Positions 38,221 to 48,726 of a stretch of DNA of 64,000 bases are shown here, piece by piece (position 1 is the first letter of the stretch; every line of letters begins with the position of its first letter). Source of the DNA: Deltaproteobacteria bacterium (GTDB lineage: Bacteria; Myxococcota; Myxococcia; Myxococcales; 40CM-4-68-19); contig JANYKT010000058.1 in assembly GCA_025358085.1 (NCBI GenBank), positions 7,744 to 71,743 on the forward strand, in the 5' to 3' direction. The notes beneath the pieces are model-generated. The model ran no database searches, was not told where the DNA came from, and was given only the letters and a program-made list of their open reading frames with translations. The position numbers and the translations under genes are program-made.

Positions 38221-39635
38221 TCGCGCTCTTGCTGGTCGCAGCGGCTGTGTCGCAGGCTGGACCGGTAGCGGCGCAGGCCGGACCGGGGGCGGCGCACCCC
38301 ATCGCGGTGGTGGCGGAGGACCGCGTGGCGCTGCGGGCGGCGCCGCGCGAGACCGCGGTAGTCGAGGCGATGCTCTCCCGCGGGGAGTGGCTCGAGGTGC
38401 GCGGCGAGGCCCCCGGCTTTCTCAAGGTCTATGACCACCGCCGCGAGAGGCCTGGCTTCGTGCGCGCGGACCGGGTGCGGCTCGCACCTTCCGATCCGGT
38501 GGAGCTGCGCGCCATCGTCCGCTTCCTGCGCGGGTCGTCGGGCCTGGAGTCGCTGGGCATTGCCTATGCCGCCCTCGCGCTGCGCGACGGGCCGTCTCCC
38601 GAAGTCTTCGCGGCCATCGGCGAACTGGCGTCGCGCCTGGCCGCGCGGCAGGACTCGCACCGCGAAGTGGTCGAGTCCGCGGGCGTGAAGTTCGTCGATG
38701 TCGAGCGCGAGGGCCGGGTGGTCACCTGCTACGACGGCGATGCTTTTCGCCGGGTGCTCACCATGCCGGGCGCGGACGGGGCGGATCGCGCGCGAGCAGC
38801 GCTGGCGCTCACCAGCGCGGATTGCGTCGACCGGACCGCGGCGCCGTCAGTGGCGAAGACCTGGAATGAATGGCGCTTGACGGTGCTGGACCAGGTGCTG
38901 GCGGCGCCGGTGCAGCTGCTCGCGCGCGTTCGTTTGCGGCGGGTCGAGGCACTGGGCGCGCTCGCGTATGCGGAAGGGCGCGCCTTCGATCCGGTGAAGG
39001 CCGCCGAGCGTGCCGAACGCGCGCTGGGCGAGCTACAGCAGGTCTCCCGCGCGACGCTCGCGGAAGAGGAGCTGCCTCTTTACGCCGCCGCCGCCGTGCA
39101 GCTGGCGGCGGTGCGCTGGGCCATGGAGCAGCCCGAGTTGCCGCCCGGTCAGGTGACGCATCTCGAAATGCGGCGCACCGGGCGCGCGGGCGAGACCTGC
39201 CTGAGCGTGATTGCGGGCGGAAAGGCGCAGACCGAGCGTTGCACCTGGGGGCATGTCTGGGAAAGCTCGCTGCGGCGCACGCCCGGCGCGCTGACCGCGG
39301 CGGTGCAGCTCGGGCCCGCCTGGACCGAGCTGTGGATTTTTCACCAGGCCAATCATCGATGGACCTCCGATGTCATTCCACCGGCGTCGTCCATATCCAT
39401 TCCCGGATCCGCCAGCAGCCCGGATGTTGGAACTGCAGAGTCCGCCGGCTCGACGCCAGACGGAACTCGACTGCTCATTGCGCGTGAAGCAATGGTGCGC
39501 GGGCGGCTCGAGCGTCATTTCCAACTCGTATTGACGCGCAGCATGCGAGTAGTCGCTCAATCGAATGCTCCGGCTGCCTGGTTCGAAAGGATATCAGCTC
39601 CCTCGTGGCGCGACCGCACTCTGGCATTGAGATGA
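38217..39635 (+). CDS. Secreted hypothetical protein (472 aa), translationally coupled to the SPFH gene
   Basis: GTG start overlaps the band-7 stop; signal peptide MIALLLVAAAVSQA; no recognised domain. Confidence 0.5.
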   Translation: MIALLLVAAAVSQAGPVAAQAGPGAAHPIAVVAEDRVALRAAPRETAVVEAMLSRGEWLEVRGEAPGFLKVYDHRRERPGFVRADRVRLAPSDPVELRAIVRFLRGSSGLESLGIAYAALALRDGPSPEVFAAIGELASRLAARQDSHREVVESAGVKFVDVEREGRVVTCYDGDAFRRVLTMPGADGADRARAALALTSADCVDRTAAPSVAKTWNEWRLTVLDQVLAAPVQLLARVRLRRVEALGALAYAEGRAFDPVKAAERAERALGELQQVSRATLAEEELPLYAAAAVQLAAVRWAMEQPELPPGQVTHLEMRRTGRAGETCLSVIAGGKAQTERCTWGHVWESSLRRTPGALTAAVQLGPAWTELWIFHQANHRWTSDVIPPASSISIPGSASSPDVGTAESAGSTPDGTRLLIAREAMVRGRLERHFQLVLTRSMRVVAQSNAPAAWFERISAPSWRDRTLALR

Positions 39636-39658
39636 ATAAGTGTAGCGCTTGAGATAAA

Positions 39659-40189
39659 TTGATTTCCTCGATCGATGCTGATATCGCGGGCCCTATGGCA
39701 ATCAATACCTCGTTACAGTCAATCATTGAAGGCTTGATCGATCGCATTGCGCACGCAATTGCCGCCCGGGCACCCGCGGGGGAAAAACGCAAGCCCGGGC
39801 GTCCGCTCGGATCCGGCCGCGCCGCCGTCAAGCCGGATGGACGAAGCAAGGGCGCGCGCCTGTGCCCGGTACCCGGCTGCGGCGAGCCCGGCGCGGGGCC
39901 GCGCAACCGTTTCTTCTGCCGCGATCACGCGGCAAACCTTTCAGTCACCGAGCAGAAAAAATTGCTCGCGCAATCCAAGGGCCAGCGCAACGCGTCCGCT
40001 CCGCCCGCGGCGCGCAAGGCCGGCCGCCGCGCAGGCCGCAAGATGGATATGCAGTGCCGCGTCCCGGGCTGCCCCAACCTGTCGCGCGGTCCCCGGTTCA
40101 GCTTTATCTGCGACATGCACCGCAAGGACCTGACCAAGGCTGAGCAGAGGTCGGTCCGCGAGAAGTACAACGCCAGGAAGGCTGCCTAG
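39659..40189 (+). CDS. Small basic protein with an AT-hook-like motif and two tandem Cys3-His zinc-ribbon-like repeats
   Basis: KRKPGRPLG (AT-hook), then LCPVPGCGEPGAGPRNRFFCRDH and QCRVPGCPNLSRGPRFSFICDMH repeats. The start may instead be the ATG at 39695. Confidence 0.5.
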   Translation: MISSIDADIAGPMAINTSLQSIIEGLIDRIAHAIAARAPAGEKRKPGRPLGSGRAAVKPDGRSKGARLCPVPGCGEPGAGPRNRFFCRDHAANLSVTEQKKLLAQSKGQRNASAPPAARKAGRRAGRKMDMQCRVPGCPNLSRGPRFSFICDMHRKDLTKAEQRSVREKYNARKAA

Positions 40190-40215
40190 ATCCTGACAGC
40201 CTCGTCGCTGTTTGG

Positions 40216-42666
40216 TCAGCCGCGCAGGGTCACCACGGTGACCCCGTCGCCGCCCTCGTGCGACTCGGCCGAGCGTGATTTCAAGACGTAGGGGCTGCGG
40301 CTCAGGTGCTCGCGCACCGCTGCTTTAAGCGCGCCCGAGCCGTGGCCGTGCAGCACCTGCACCGTCTCTTCGCCCGCACGCAGATGGCCGTCCAGCTCCA
40401 GATCGAGCGTGCGCAGCGCCTCGTCCACGCGCTGCCCGCGCACGTCCACGAGCGGGCTGCGGACTTCCACCGCCGCGGCGCGCGCCGCCTCGCCGCGGCC
40501 CAGCTTCTCCGCATTCGACTTGCGGAAGCCTGGCTGCGGCAGCGCCTTCTTCGCCGCGGTGACCGGCAGCAGATCTTCGAGCAACACCTTGCTCCGCAGC
40601 GCGCCCAGCTGGACTGTCGCGTGGGCGCCCGAGATCTCGAGCACCACGCCGTCGCTGCCGAAGCGCAGGTGCCGCACGCGCGCTCCCGGCGCGATCGTTC
40701 CTGGCCCGGCTTGCGCGGGCGGCGCCTCTTCCTCGCGCACTTGCGCGCGCTGCTCCAGGGCCGCGGCCTGCTCCAGCGCGCGCTGCGCCTCGATGGCCTG
40801 GGCCATGGCCGGCGCCGCCTGCAGCTGCGCAATCAGCCTCGCGATCTCCGCGCGCTTCTGCACGAAGTCTTCCACCAGCTCCGCGCGAGCGCCTTTGCGG
40901 GTCTCCTGTTCCAGTTCGCGCAGCTGCTGCCGCTCGCGGACGAGCTGCGCCCGCTCCTCCGCCAGCTGCGCGCGCAGCTCGGCGACTTCCTCTCGCGCCT
41001 GGGCCGCGCGATGGCGTTCTTCCTCCAGCTTCTGGACCGCCTCGCTGATGGTCGAGCCGGAGCCGCCGAGGATCTCGCGCGCGCGCGTGCAGAGCGCCTC
41101 GCTCAGTCCCACCCGCCGCGCGATGGCGATGGCCGACGATGCACCCACCTCGCCCATCTTCAGCTGGTAGGTGGGCGCGAGCCGGTCGACGTCGAATCCG
41201 ACGCTCGCCGGCGCGAAGCGCGGGTCGGTTAGGCCCAGCGCCTTCAGCTCCTCCAGATGCGTGGTGATCAGCACCTGCGCGCCTTTGCTGACCAGGTCCT
41301 CGAGCGCCGCCACCGCCAGCGCGGCGCCCTCGCGCGGGTCGGTGTCGGCCGCGATCTCGTCGATCAGCACCAGCGTTCCGGGCCCCGCAGCCTCGAGGAT
41401 GTGGCGCAGCGCCGACAAGTGCGCGGTGAAGGTCGACAGGTCGCGAGACATGTCGCCTTCGTCACCGATGGCCGTATAGACGGTGCGGTACAGCGGCATC
41501 CGCGAGCCTTCGGCGGCAGCGATCGGCAAGCCCGCGCGCGCCATCAGCGCCGACAGTCCCACCGAGGTGATGGTGACCGTCTTGCCACCGGCATTGGGGC
41601 CGCTGACGATGAGCGCCTGCGCCGGTGCCGGCAGCGCGATGTCGTTCGCCACCGCCGACCCGCGGCCGCGGGACTTGACCTGCAGGGCCAAGAGCGGATG
41701 CCGCGCCTCGCGCAGCTCGAACCGGTCGCCGCCGAGCAGCGGCGCCGTCGCGTTGAGATCGTCGGCGAGGCGTCCACCGGCGCCCGCTTCGTCGAGCGTG
41801 GCGATGGTGACGACATCGCGGATGAGCTCCGGTGCGCGCCGGCCGACCGCGCCCGAGAGCTCGTGCAGGATGCGCTGCTCTTCTTCGAGGATGCCCGACT
41901 CGGCGATAGTGAGTTGGTTGCCGAGCTCCACCATCTCCTGCGGCTCGACGAAGAGCGTCTGCCCCGAGCCCGAAGCGTTGTGCACGATGCCGGGCAGGTG
42001 GCTCTTGTGCTCGGCGCGGATGGGCAGCACATAGCGATCGCCGCGGACCGAATAATAAACCTCGCGAAGCATATCGACGATCTTCTCGTCGACGAGCATC
42101 TCCTCGAGCCGGGCCTTGATGGCGCGGTGCAGACCGCGGGCGCGCTCGCGCAGCTCGCCGAGGAGCGGGCTCGCGGTGTCGAGCAGCTTGCCCCCGGGAT
42201 CGAAGGCGCGCTCCAGCTCCTGCGCCAGCGGGTCGAGCTCGGACAGCGTCTGGGCCAGCGCGAAGTGCAGCGGCGCGCGGTCGGCCTGCGAGTAGCAGAA
42301 GCGCCGCGCGCTGGCGTCGGCACGGATGAGCTTCGCGACCTGCAGCAACTCCTGGGGCTCGAGCGTACCGTCTCGTGCTGCGCGGCCCAGCGGCGAGCGC
42401 ACGTCGACCGCCTCGGCCACGGGCAGCTCCTTGTCGAAGCGCTTGAGCAGCCGCGCCTCCTCGACACGCGCGAGCCTGGTTGCCGCGAGCTCTTCGTCGT
42501 CGCCGGGCAAGAGCGCGCGGCACAGCTCTCGGCCCATCGGCGTGCGGGCGCGCTGCGCCAACTCACCGCACAGCAAAGCCCACCCCAGCTCGAGCAGCGT
42601 CTTGTCGTTCACCAAGCCAAGCGTCATCAGTTTGCGGAAGGTAGCCCGGCTCATGAGTCTCGTCAC
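40216..42666 (-). CDS. mutS2: Endonuclease MutS2 (MutS domain + C-terminal Smr)
   Basis: GPNAGGKT Walker A, coiled coil, C-terminal Smr (VQVLHGHGSGALKAAV). Start is either the GTG at 42666 or the ATG at 42654. Confidence 0.85.
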   Translation of the reverse strand: MTRLMSRATFRKLMTLGLVNDKTLLELGWALLCGELAQRARTPMGRELCRALLPGDDEELAATRLARVEEARLLKRFDKELPVAEAVDVRSPLGRAARDGTLEPQELLQVAKLIRADASARRFCYSQADRAPLHFALAQTLSELDPLAQELERAFDPGGKLLDTASPLLGELRERARGLHRAIKARLEEMLVDEKIVDMLREVYYSVRGDRYVLPIRAEHKSHLPGIVHNASGSGQTLFVEPQEMVELGNQLTIAESGILEEEQRILHELSGAVGRRAPELIRDVVTIATLDEAGAGGRLADDLNATAPLLGGDRFELREARHPLLALQVKSRGRGSAVANDIALPAPAQALIVSGPNAGGKTVTITSVGLSALMARAGLPIAAAEGSRMPLYRTVYTAIGDEGDMSRDLSTFTAHLSALRHILEAAGPGTLVLIDEIAADTDPREGAALAVAALEDLVSKGAQVLITTHLEELKALGLTDPRFAPASVGFDVDRLAPTYQLKMGEVGASSAIAIARRVGLSEALCTRAREILGGSGSTISEAVQKLEEERHRAAQAREEVAELRAQLAEERAQLVRERQQLRELEQETRKGARAELVEDFVQKRAEIARLIAQLQAAPAMAQAIEAQRALEQAAALEQRAQVREEEAPPAQAGPGTIAPGARVRHLRFGSDGVVLEISGAHATVQLGALRSKVLLEDLLPVTAAKKALPQPGFRKSNAEKLGRGEAARAAAVEVRSPLVDVRGQRVDEALRTLDLELDGHLRAGEETVQVLHGHGSGALKAAVREHLSRSPYVLKSRSAESHEGGDGVTVVTLRG

Positions 42667-42734
42667 GGGAGAATCAGGCCGTGGCTGACATGGATGTCAC
42701 GGTCTGACTCTTGTGACGCGGGTCACGGGTCCGC

Positions 42735-42758
42735 GGAACCGTGTGTTTTCACTCGTAA
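42735..42758 (+). promoter_or_regulatory. Candidate ECF-type promoter (GGAAC-N14-CGTAA) upstream of the second ECF sigma gene
   Basis: Seen in sequence; the spacer is 1-2 nt shorter than the canonical ECF spacing. GTCACGG is repeated three times in 42667-42750. Confidence 0.3.
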
Positions 42759-42801
42759 GCCGTGGCATCGATGGCACGGGCACGGCGGATGCTAAGGACC
42801 T

Positions 42802-43461
42802 ATGGCCCCTGCAACGAATCAGGTTGAAAAGCCCGGACCGGCAGAGACGTTCCGCAAGCCCACGCTGACTGTGCTCGAGGGGCGGGTGGACGACCACGAG
42901 CTCATCAACCGAGTGCTGCGGTCAGGACCGCGCGGCCACGCCGCCGAGGAGGAGTTGTACCGGCGCTACCGCCCGGCCGTGTCGCGGCTGGCGGGCAGCT
43001 TCTCCGAGCTGGACGTGGACGAGGCGGAGGACGTGGTGCAGGAAGCGTTTGTGCGCGCCTTCCGTGCGCTGGGCTCGTTGAAGGAGCGCGAACGGTTCTC
43101 GGCCTGGCTCTTCACCATCGCGCGCAACCGCGCTCGCAGCTACCTCACCTCGCGAGCCACACATGTGAAGGCAGCGGAGGACGCCGGGCGCCAGGCCGCA
43201 TTGCTCGAGGATCACGTTCCCGCGGCGTCGCACCAGCTGGAGCACGAGGCTGAACTGCGCGCGGTCCGCGAAGTCATCGCCTCGCTGCGCGAGGGGCCGG
43301 AGAAGGAAACGGTGCGGCTCTTTTATCTTGAGGGCACGCTGTCGGCGCGCGAGATCGCACTGCAGATGGGCGTGGGCAAGAGCGCGGTCACCATGCGGCT
43401 GGAGCGCTTCCGGGCGAAGGTCAAGGCGCAGCTCTGCGAGAAGCTGCAGAGGACCGGCTAG
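42802..43461 (+). CDS. ECF-family RNA polymerase sigma factor
   Basis: Region 2 (DVVQEAFVRAFRALGSLKERERFSAWLFTIARN) and region 4 (LFYLEGTLSAREIALQMGVGKSAVTMRLERFR). Confidence 0.8.
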   Translation: MAPATNQVEKPGPAETFRKPTLTVLEGRVDDHELINRVLRSGPRGHAAEEELYRRYRPAVSRLAGSFSELDVDEAEDVVQEAFVRAFRALGSLKERERFSAWLFTIARNRARSYLTSRATHVKAAEDAGRQAALLEDHVPAASHQLEHEAELRAVREVIASLREGPEKETVRLFYLEGTLSAREIALQMGVGKSAVTMRLERFRAKVKAQLCEKLQRTG

Positions 43462-43463
43462 CC

Positions 43464-43643
43464 ATGGGACGCCTGACACTGAAGCAGCGCCTCTTCGCCG
43501 TCGCGGTGGGCGCGCTCTTCGCCGCGGCGCAGTCCGCTGGGGCGAGCGCCTGGGCTCACAATCAGCAGCGCTCCTTGCTCATGGCAAGCGGTGGCGGACT
43601 TCATTCAATGGTCCCCAAAGTTCTCCTGGTATCGGGAAGCTGA
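43464..43643 (+). CDS. Candidate 59-aa secreted peptide, coupled to the ECF sigma gene
   Basis: ATG 2 nt after the sigma stop; MGRLTLKQRLFAVAVGALFAAAQSAGASA looks like a signal peptide. A further 26-aa hydrophobic micro-ORF (43643..43723) starts in a TGATG overlap. Both are too short for the ORF track. Confidence 0.3.
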   Translation: MGRLTLKQRLFAVAVGALFAAAQSAGASAWAHNQQRSLLMASGGGLHSMVPKVLLVSGS

Positions 43644-43814
43644 TGCGATCCATCGCTTGCGGGTTCGCGCAGATTGCCGCGGCTGTCGCGCTCGTCTGGT
43701 GCGCGGTGCTGGTGTCCTGGTAGGCACGCGGCGCCTGCTTGTAGCAACTGGAATACCGGGGGATGGGGTTGCCGACCTGCAGCGATTGGAGCAGCCAGGG
43801 GATGGCTGTCCCTG

Positions 43815-44081
43815 TCAGGCTGGATCGACCCGGAGAATCTGCTCGCCCACCAGCAGCAAGTCGCCGCTGCTGACCGATGACGAGCCGCTGATGCGCACGA
43901 AGGTGCCGTTGGCGCTGCCCAGATCTTTCACCGCCAGTGCGCCCTCGGCGACCGTAATCAGCGCGTGCTTGCTGGACACGTAGCCGTCCTGGGGAAAGCT
44001 GACATCGCCGGTTCCGCGGCCGACCAGGTTCTCGCCGGTCTTGAGCGGAAAGACGTCACCGTCGCCCCCGCCCTCGAGAAG
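43815..44081 (-). other. Second FHA domain, in frame immediately after the TAG stop of the upstream FHA gene, with no start codon of its own
   Basis: Reads LLEGGGDGDVFPLKTGENLVGRGTGDVSFPQDGYVSSKHALITVAEGALAVKDLGSANGTFVRISG..., a canonical FHA fold. The intact paralog at 46571..48517 has both FHA domains contiguous. Confidence 0.55.
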
Positions 44082-44969
44082 CTACACGGCGCGCGCGACG
44101 TAGCCCGGATTGGGACTGCCGAGGAGCGGCTGTTCCGTGAGCAACTCTGGCTCGTCGGGCAACCATTCGATGCGCAGCCGCTGGCGTCCAATGCGCAGCT
44201 CGTCGCCCGGATTGAGCTGGCGCTCTTTCAGCCAGAGGAAGACGCCGTTGGCGGTGCCGCTGTCTTGCACCACCAGCTGCGGACCGTCGAACTTGAAGAC
44301 GGCGTGCTGGGGCGCGATGAACGGATCTTTGTCGAGTTTGACTTCGCTATCGGAGACCTCGCGGCCGACGCGGGTCTCGTCCTTGATCAGCACGAAGTCA
44401 GCGGAGCGGCTGCCGTCTCGCGCGATGGCGGAGACGCGAGCGCGGGCCCGCGCCGGAGGGGACGGCTTGACCGCGATGGAAGGTGGTGCACGCGTGGCGC
44501 CGGGGGCCGGCTTGGGCGGAGGCGGCGGGGCCGGGCGTGGCGCGGTCGGCGGCCGGGTGGCAGCGGCTGGCGCTGAAGGCCTGGGTGCGACCGAGGCAGG
44601 AGCAGGCGCGGCAGGCGCTTTCGCCGGAGGAGGCCTGGACGAAAGCTCTCCCGCAGGGCGCGCAGCCGGCGGCGCGCCCTTCGCCGCCGAGGGAGCCTGC
44701 GTTGCCTGCGGCGCACTGGTGGCGGCAAGGGGCGTTCCGCAGCGAGCGCAGAATTTGAAGGTGGCCGCGTTCAGCGTCATGCAATTGGGGCATTGCTTCG
44801 GCGGGGCGTTTGACGCCGCGAGACGGGCGCTGCCGGGCTTCGCGGTCGGAGGCGCGGACTTCTGCATCATCGTTGGGGCGGCATCCTCCTCTTCTTCGAG
44901 CGAGGCTCCGCACGACAAGCACGACCCGACGGGGTTCTCGTTCAGCGCGCCGCAGCGGGGGCAATCCAT
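44082..44969 (-). CDS. Zinc-ribbon + Pro-rich linker + FHA domain protein, terminated by an in-frame TAG
   Basis: MDCPRCGALN...CLSCGAS and CPNC...CARCG ribbons, a PAPAP linker, and an FHA domain (ETRVGRE...FDGPQLVVQDSGTANGVF). ATG at 44967-44969. Confidence 0.7.
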   Translation of the reverse strand: MDCPRCGALNENPVGSCLSCGASLEEEEDAAPTMMQKSAPPTAKPGSARLAASNAPPKQCPNCMTLNAATFKFCARCGTPLAATSAPQATQAPSAAKGAPPAARPAGELSSRPPPAKAPAAPAPASVAPRPSAPAAATRPPTAPRPAPPPPPKPAPGATRAPPSIAVKPSPPARARARVSAIARDGSRSADFVLIKDETRVGREVSDSEVKLDKDPFIAPQHAVFKFDGPQLVVQDSGTANGVFLWLKERQLNPGDELRIGRQRLRIEWLPDEPELLTEQPLLGSPNPGYVARAV

Positions 44970-45079
44970 GGCCTGCGCTTGTATATTGGGCGTCGCGCCG
45001 GGGCAAGAAGCGCGCTTTTCCCCGGTGGTCAAAGCCTCGCTCCTGTGAGAACCTTTGGTCCTTGCTCGAAGGTGGAAGA

Positions 45080-46561
<1,482 letters not shown>

Positions 46562-46570
46562 GCAACGCGG

Positions 46571-48517
46571 CTACGGACCGATTTCGACGCGCAGGTCCTG
46601 CTCCCCCACGCGAACGATGTCGCCGGCCTGCAGTTCCTGGGCGCCGCGCGCGCGGACCCGGACGAAGATGCCGCTCGGCCCCTGTCCCAGATCGACGAGC
46701 GAGACGGTTCCGTCGTCGGCGAGCCGCACCTCCGCGTGCCGCGCCCCGAGCAGCGAATCGGTCGGGAAGTTCATGTCGCAGCCCGTCCGCCCGATGGAGA
46801 TGGTTGGCCCCGACCGGTGGCAGGTGCGACCGGTCTTGCCACCTTCGACAACCTCGACCAGGCGGACGGCAAGGCCCGGCGGTCGTGGCGCACCAAGGAA
46901 CGGCACCTCGCCCTCGTGGGTCTGGGGCAGGTCGCACGGCCCGTCGAACCGCAGCAGGCGCTCGCCGGCATAGAAGTGGTCGCCGGCCTCGATGGGCGAC
47001 TTCTCGCGGATCCGGACGTAGACGCCGTTCGCGGTGCCCTCGTCGCGCAGCACCAGCCTGTCATCGGCAAAGGCGAGCGTCGCAGCGTGCGGAGCCACCG
47101 ATGGGTCGTCGGCGAATTCAATGCAAGCCCCGGCGCCGCCGATGCTGTTCTCGAGGCGGACCAGAGCGAGGGCCGTGCCCGCAAAGGGCCCCTTCTCAAA
47201 GACCAGGCTGGCTTGGAAGGGTGGCTCGGGCTCGGGCAGCGGCTCGGCGAGTTCCTCGACCGGGGATGGCTCGGGGAGCGGGTCCGCCAGCTCTTCGACC
47301 GGCGTCTCGTCCCAGGCGGCGGATTCGTGCGGCGCGGCCTCTTCAAAAGGAACGGCGTCGAGCGCAGAAGCGATCTCCGCAGGGACGGGATGCTCGGTCG
47401 CGGCCGGTTCCTCGAAGCCTACGGGAAGCCCGGAAAGCACGACACTCTCGTGATCCAGGTGCTCCACCTGGACCGCCTGTTCGTGCGACACCGGCGAGAC
47501 CGGCTCAAAGACCCTCTCGGGCGCCTCGTGAGCGGACGGCACTTCGTGCTGCGGGTGAACGAAACGCTCTGGCTCCTCATCGAGCGAAATCGGGAATGTT
47601 TCGCTGGTGGAATCCAGGGTCTCACCGCGGACGGCGGGAACGCCCCCGCCGGGCTCGGTGTTTTCTGCCCAGCCCTTTGGCGAGGGTTCGAGAGCCAGCT
47701 CGACCGCTTTCGGCTGCGGTTCGGCCAGCTTCGACGGGGGCGCGGCCGATTTCCTGGCGAATGGAGTGCCGCAGTCAAAACAGAACTTTGCCACGGCTGG
47801 ATTGAGGGAGGCGCACTCGGCGCACGCCTTCAGCTCGGGCGCTGTCTTCGCGATGGGCAACGGCCCAGGCGGCGCGAGCGGCGACGGCGCGGACGGCTCG
47901 GGAGTGCGCCGGACCACTCCCGCGACCGCCGCAGCGGCGCCAGCCGCGACACCGGTGACCGCACCCAAGGCCACTCCTGCCGCTTCCGCGACCGCGACTT
48001 TGCTCCTCGTGACCAGCGACGGCACCTCGGCGGCAGGGTGCGAAAACGCCTGCGGTGGCGTCTTGTCGAGCGGCGGCTCGCCGTGGCGCGTCTCGACGCC
48101 GTGGGCTGGCGGGGACAGTCCGGCTTCCGCAGCCTCCTCGGGACTGATGGCCAGCGCAGACAACTCGTCAGCAACGGACGGTGGCCCCGGCTGTTCCTGC
48201 GGCGGCCCCGGTGGGTCCTCGACCAGCATGTAGCCGCAACTCCCGCACCGCCTCGCTCCGGGCTCATTGTACGAGTCGCAGCGACGACAAACCTCGCCCA
48301 GCGACTCGGAGCTGGCGGCGGGCTCGTCGGCGGTAGCCGCCGGCTGCTCGTTGGCCGGGTCGTGGGCAGCAACCGGAGCCGGCGCCCCGTGATGCGCGTC
48401 CGGGGCGGACTCTTCAGGGATGTGTTCTTCGGGCTCGTCGCGCAGTGGCCCCCTGCAGCGCCGGCACAGCACTGCCGCGTCCTCGTTCTCCTTCCCGCAG
48501 GCAGGACAGCTGGTCAT
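46571..48517 (-). CDS. Triple zinc-ribbon, acidic/Pro-rich linker, tandem FHA-FHA protein
   Basis: Three CxxC...CxxC ribbons, a long acidic PEP-repeat linker, and two contiguous FHA domains at the C-terminus. Confidence 0.8.
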   Translation of the reverse strand: MTSCPACGKENEDAAVLCRRCRGPLRDEPEEHIPEESAPDAHHGAPAPVAAHDPANEQPAATADEPAASSESLGEVCRRCDSYNEPGARRCGSCGYMLVEDPPGPPQEQPGPPSVADELSALAISPEEAAEAGLSPPAHGVETRHGEPPLDKTPPQAFSHPAAEVPSLVTRSKVAVAEAAGVALGAVTGVAAGAAAAVAGVVRRTPEPSAPSPLAPPGPLPIAKTAPELKACAECASLNPAVAKFCFDCGTPFARKSAAPPSKLAEPQPKAVELALEPSPKGWAENTEPGGGVPAVRGETLDSTSETFPISLDEEPERFVHPQHEVPSAHEAPERVFEPVSPVSHEQAVQVEHLDHESVVLSGLPVGFEEPAATEHPVPAEIASALDAVPFEEAAPHESAAWDETPVEELADPLPEPSPVEELAEPLPEPEPPFQASLVFEKGPFAGTALALVRLENSIGGAGACIEFADDPSVAPHAATLAFADDRLVLRDEGTANGVYVRIREKSPIEAGDHFYAGERLLRFDGPCDLPQTHEGEVPFLGAPRPPGLAVRLVEVVEGGKTGRTCHRSGPTISIGRTGCDMNFPTDSLLGARHAEVRLADDGTVSLVDLGQGPSGIFVRVRARGAQELQAGDIVRVGEQDLRVEIGP

Positions 48518-48726
48518 GGTTGCACGTTCTCGTTCGAGTGAAGGGGAGCAGGGATGAAGACGGGCGGCGGAGTCTACGGTTCGCCTCTGCGAGGGTCAAT
48601 TCTGCAACTTCACTGGGCGCAGCTGGACTGTTGCATTGCGTCGAAATGTCACCCAGAGCGTTTGCCGCGTGCGTTTCCATCCGCTAGCTTACCAAGCTTC
48701 ATTGTGATGATTCGCCTGAACGCCTG

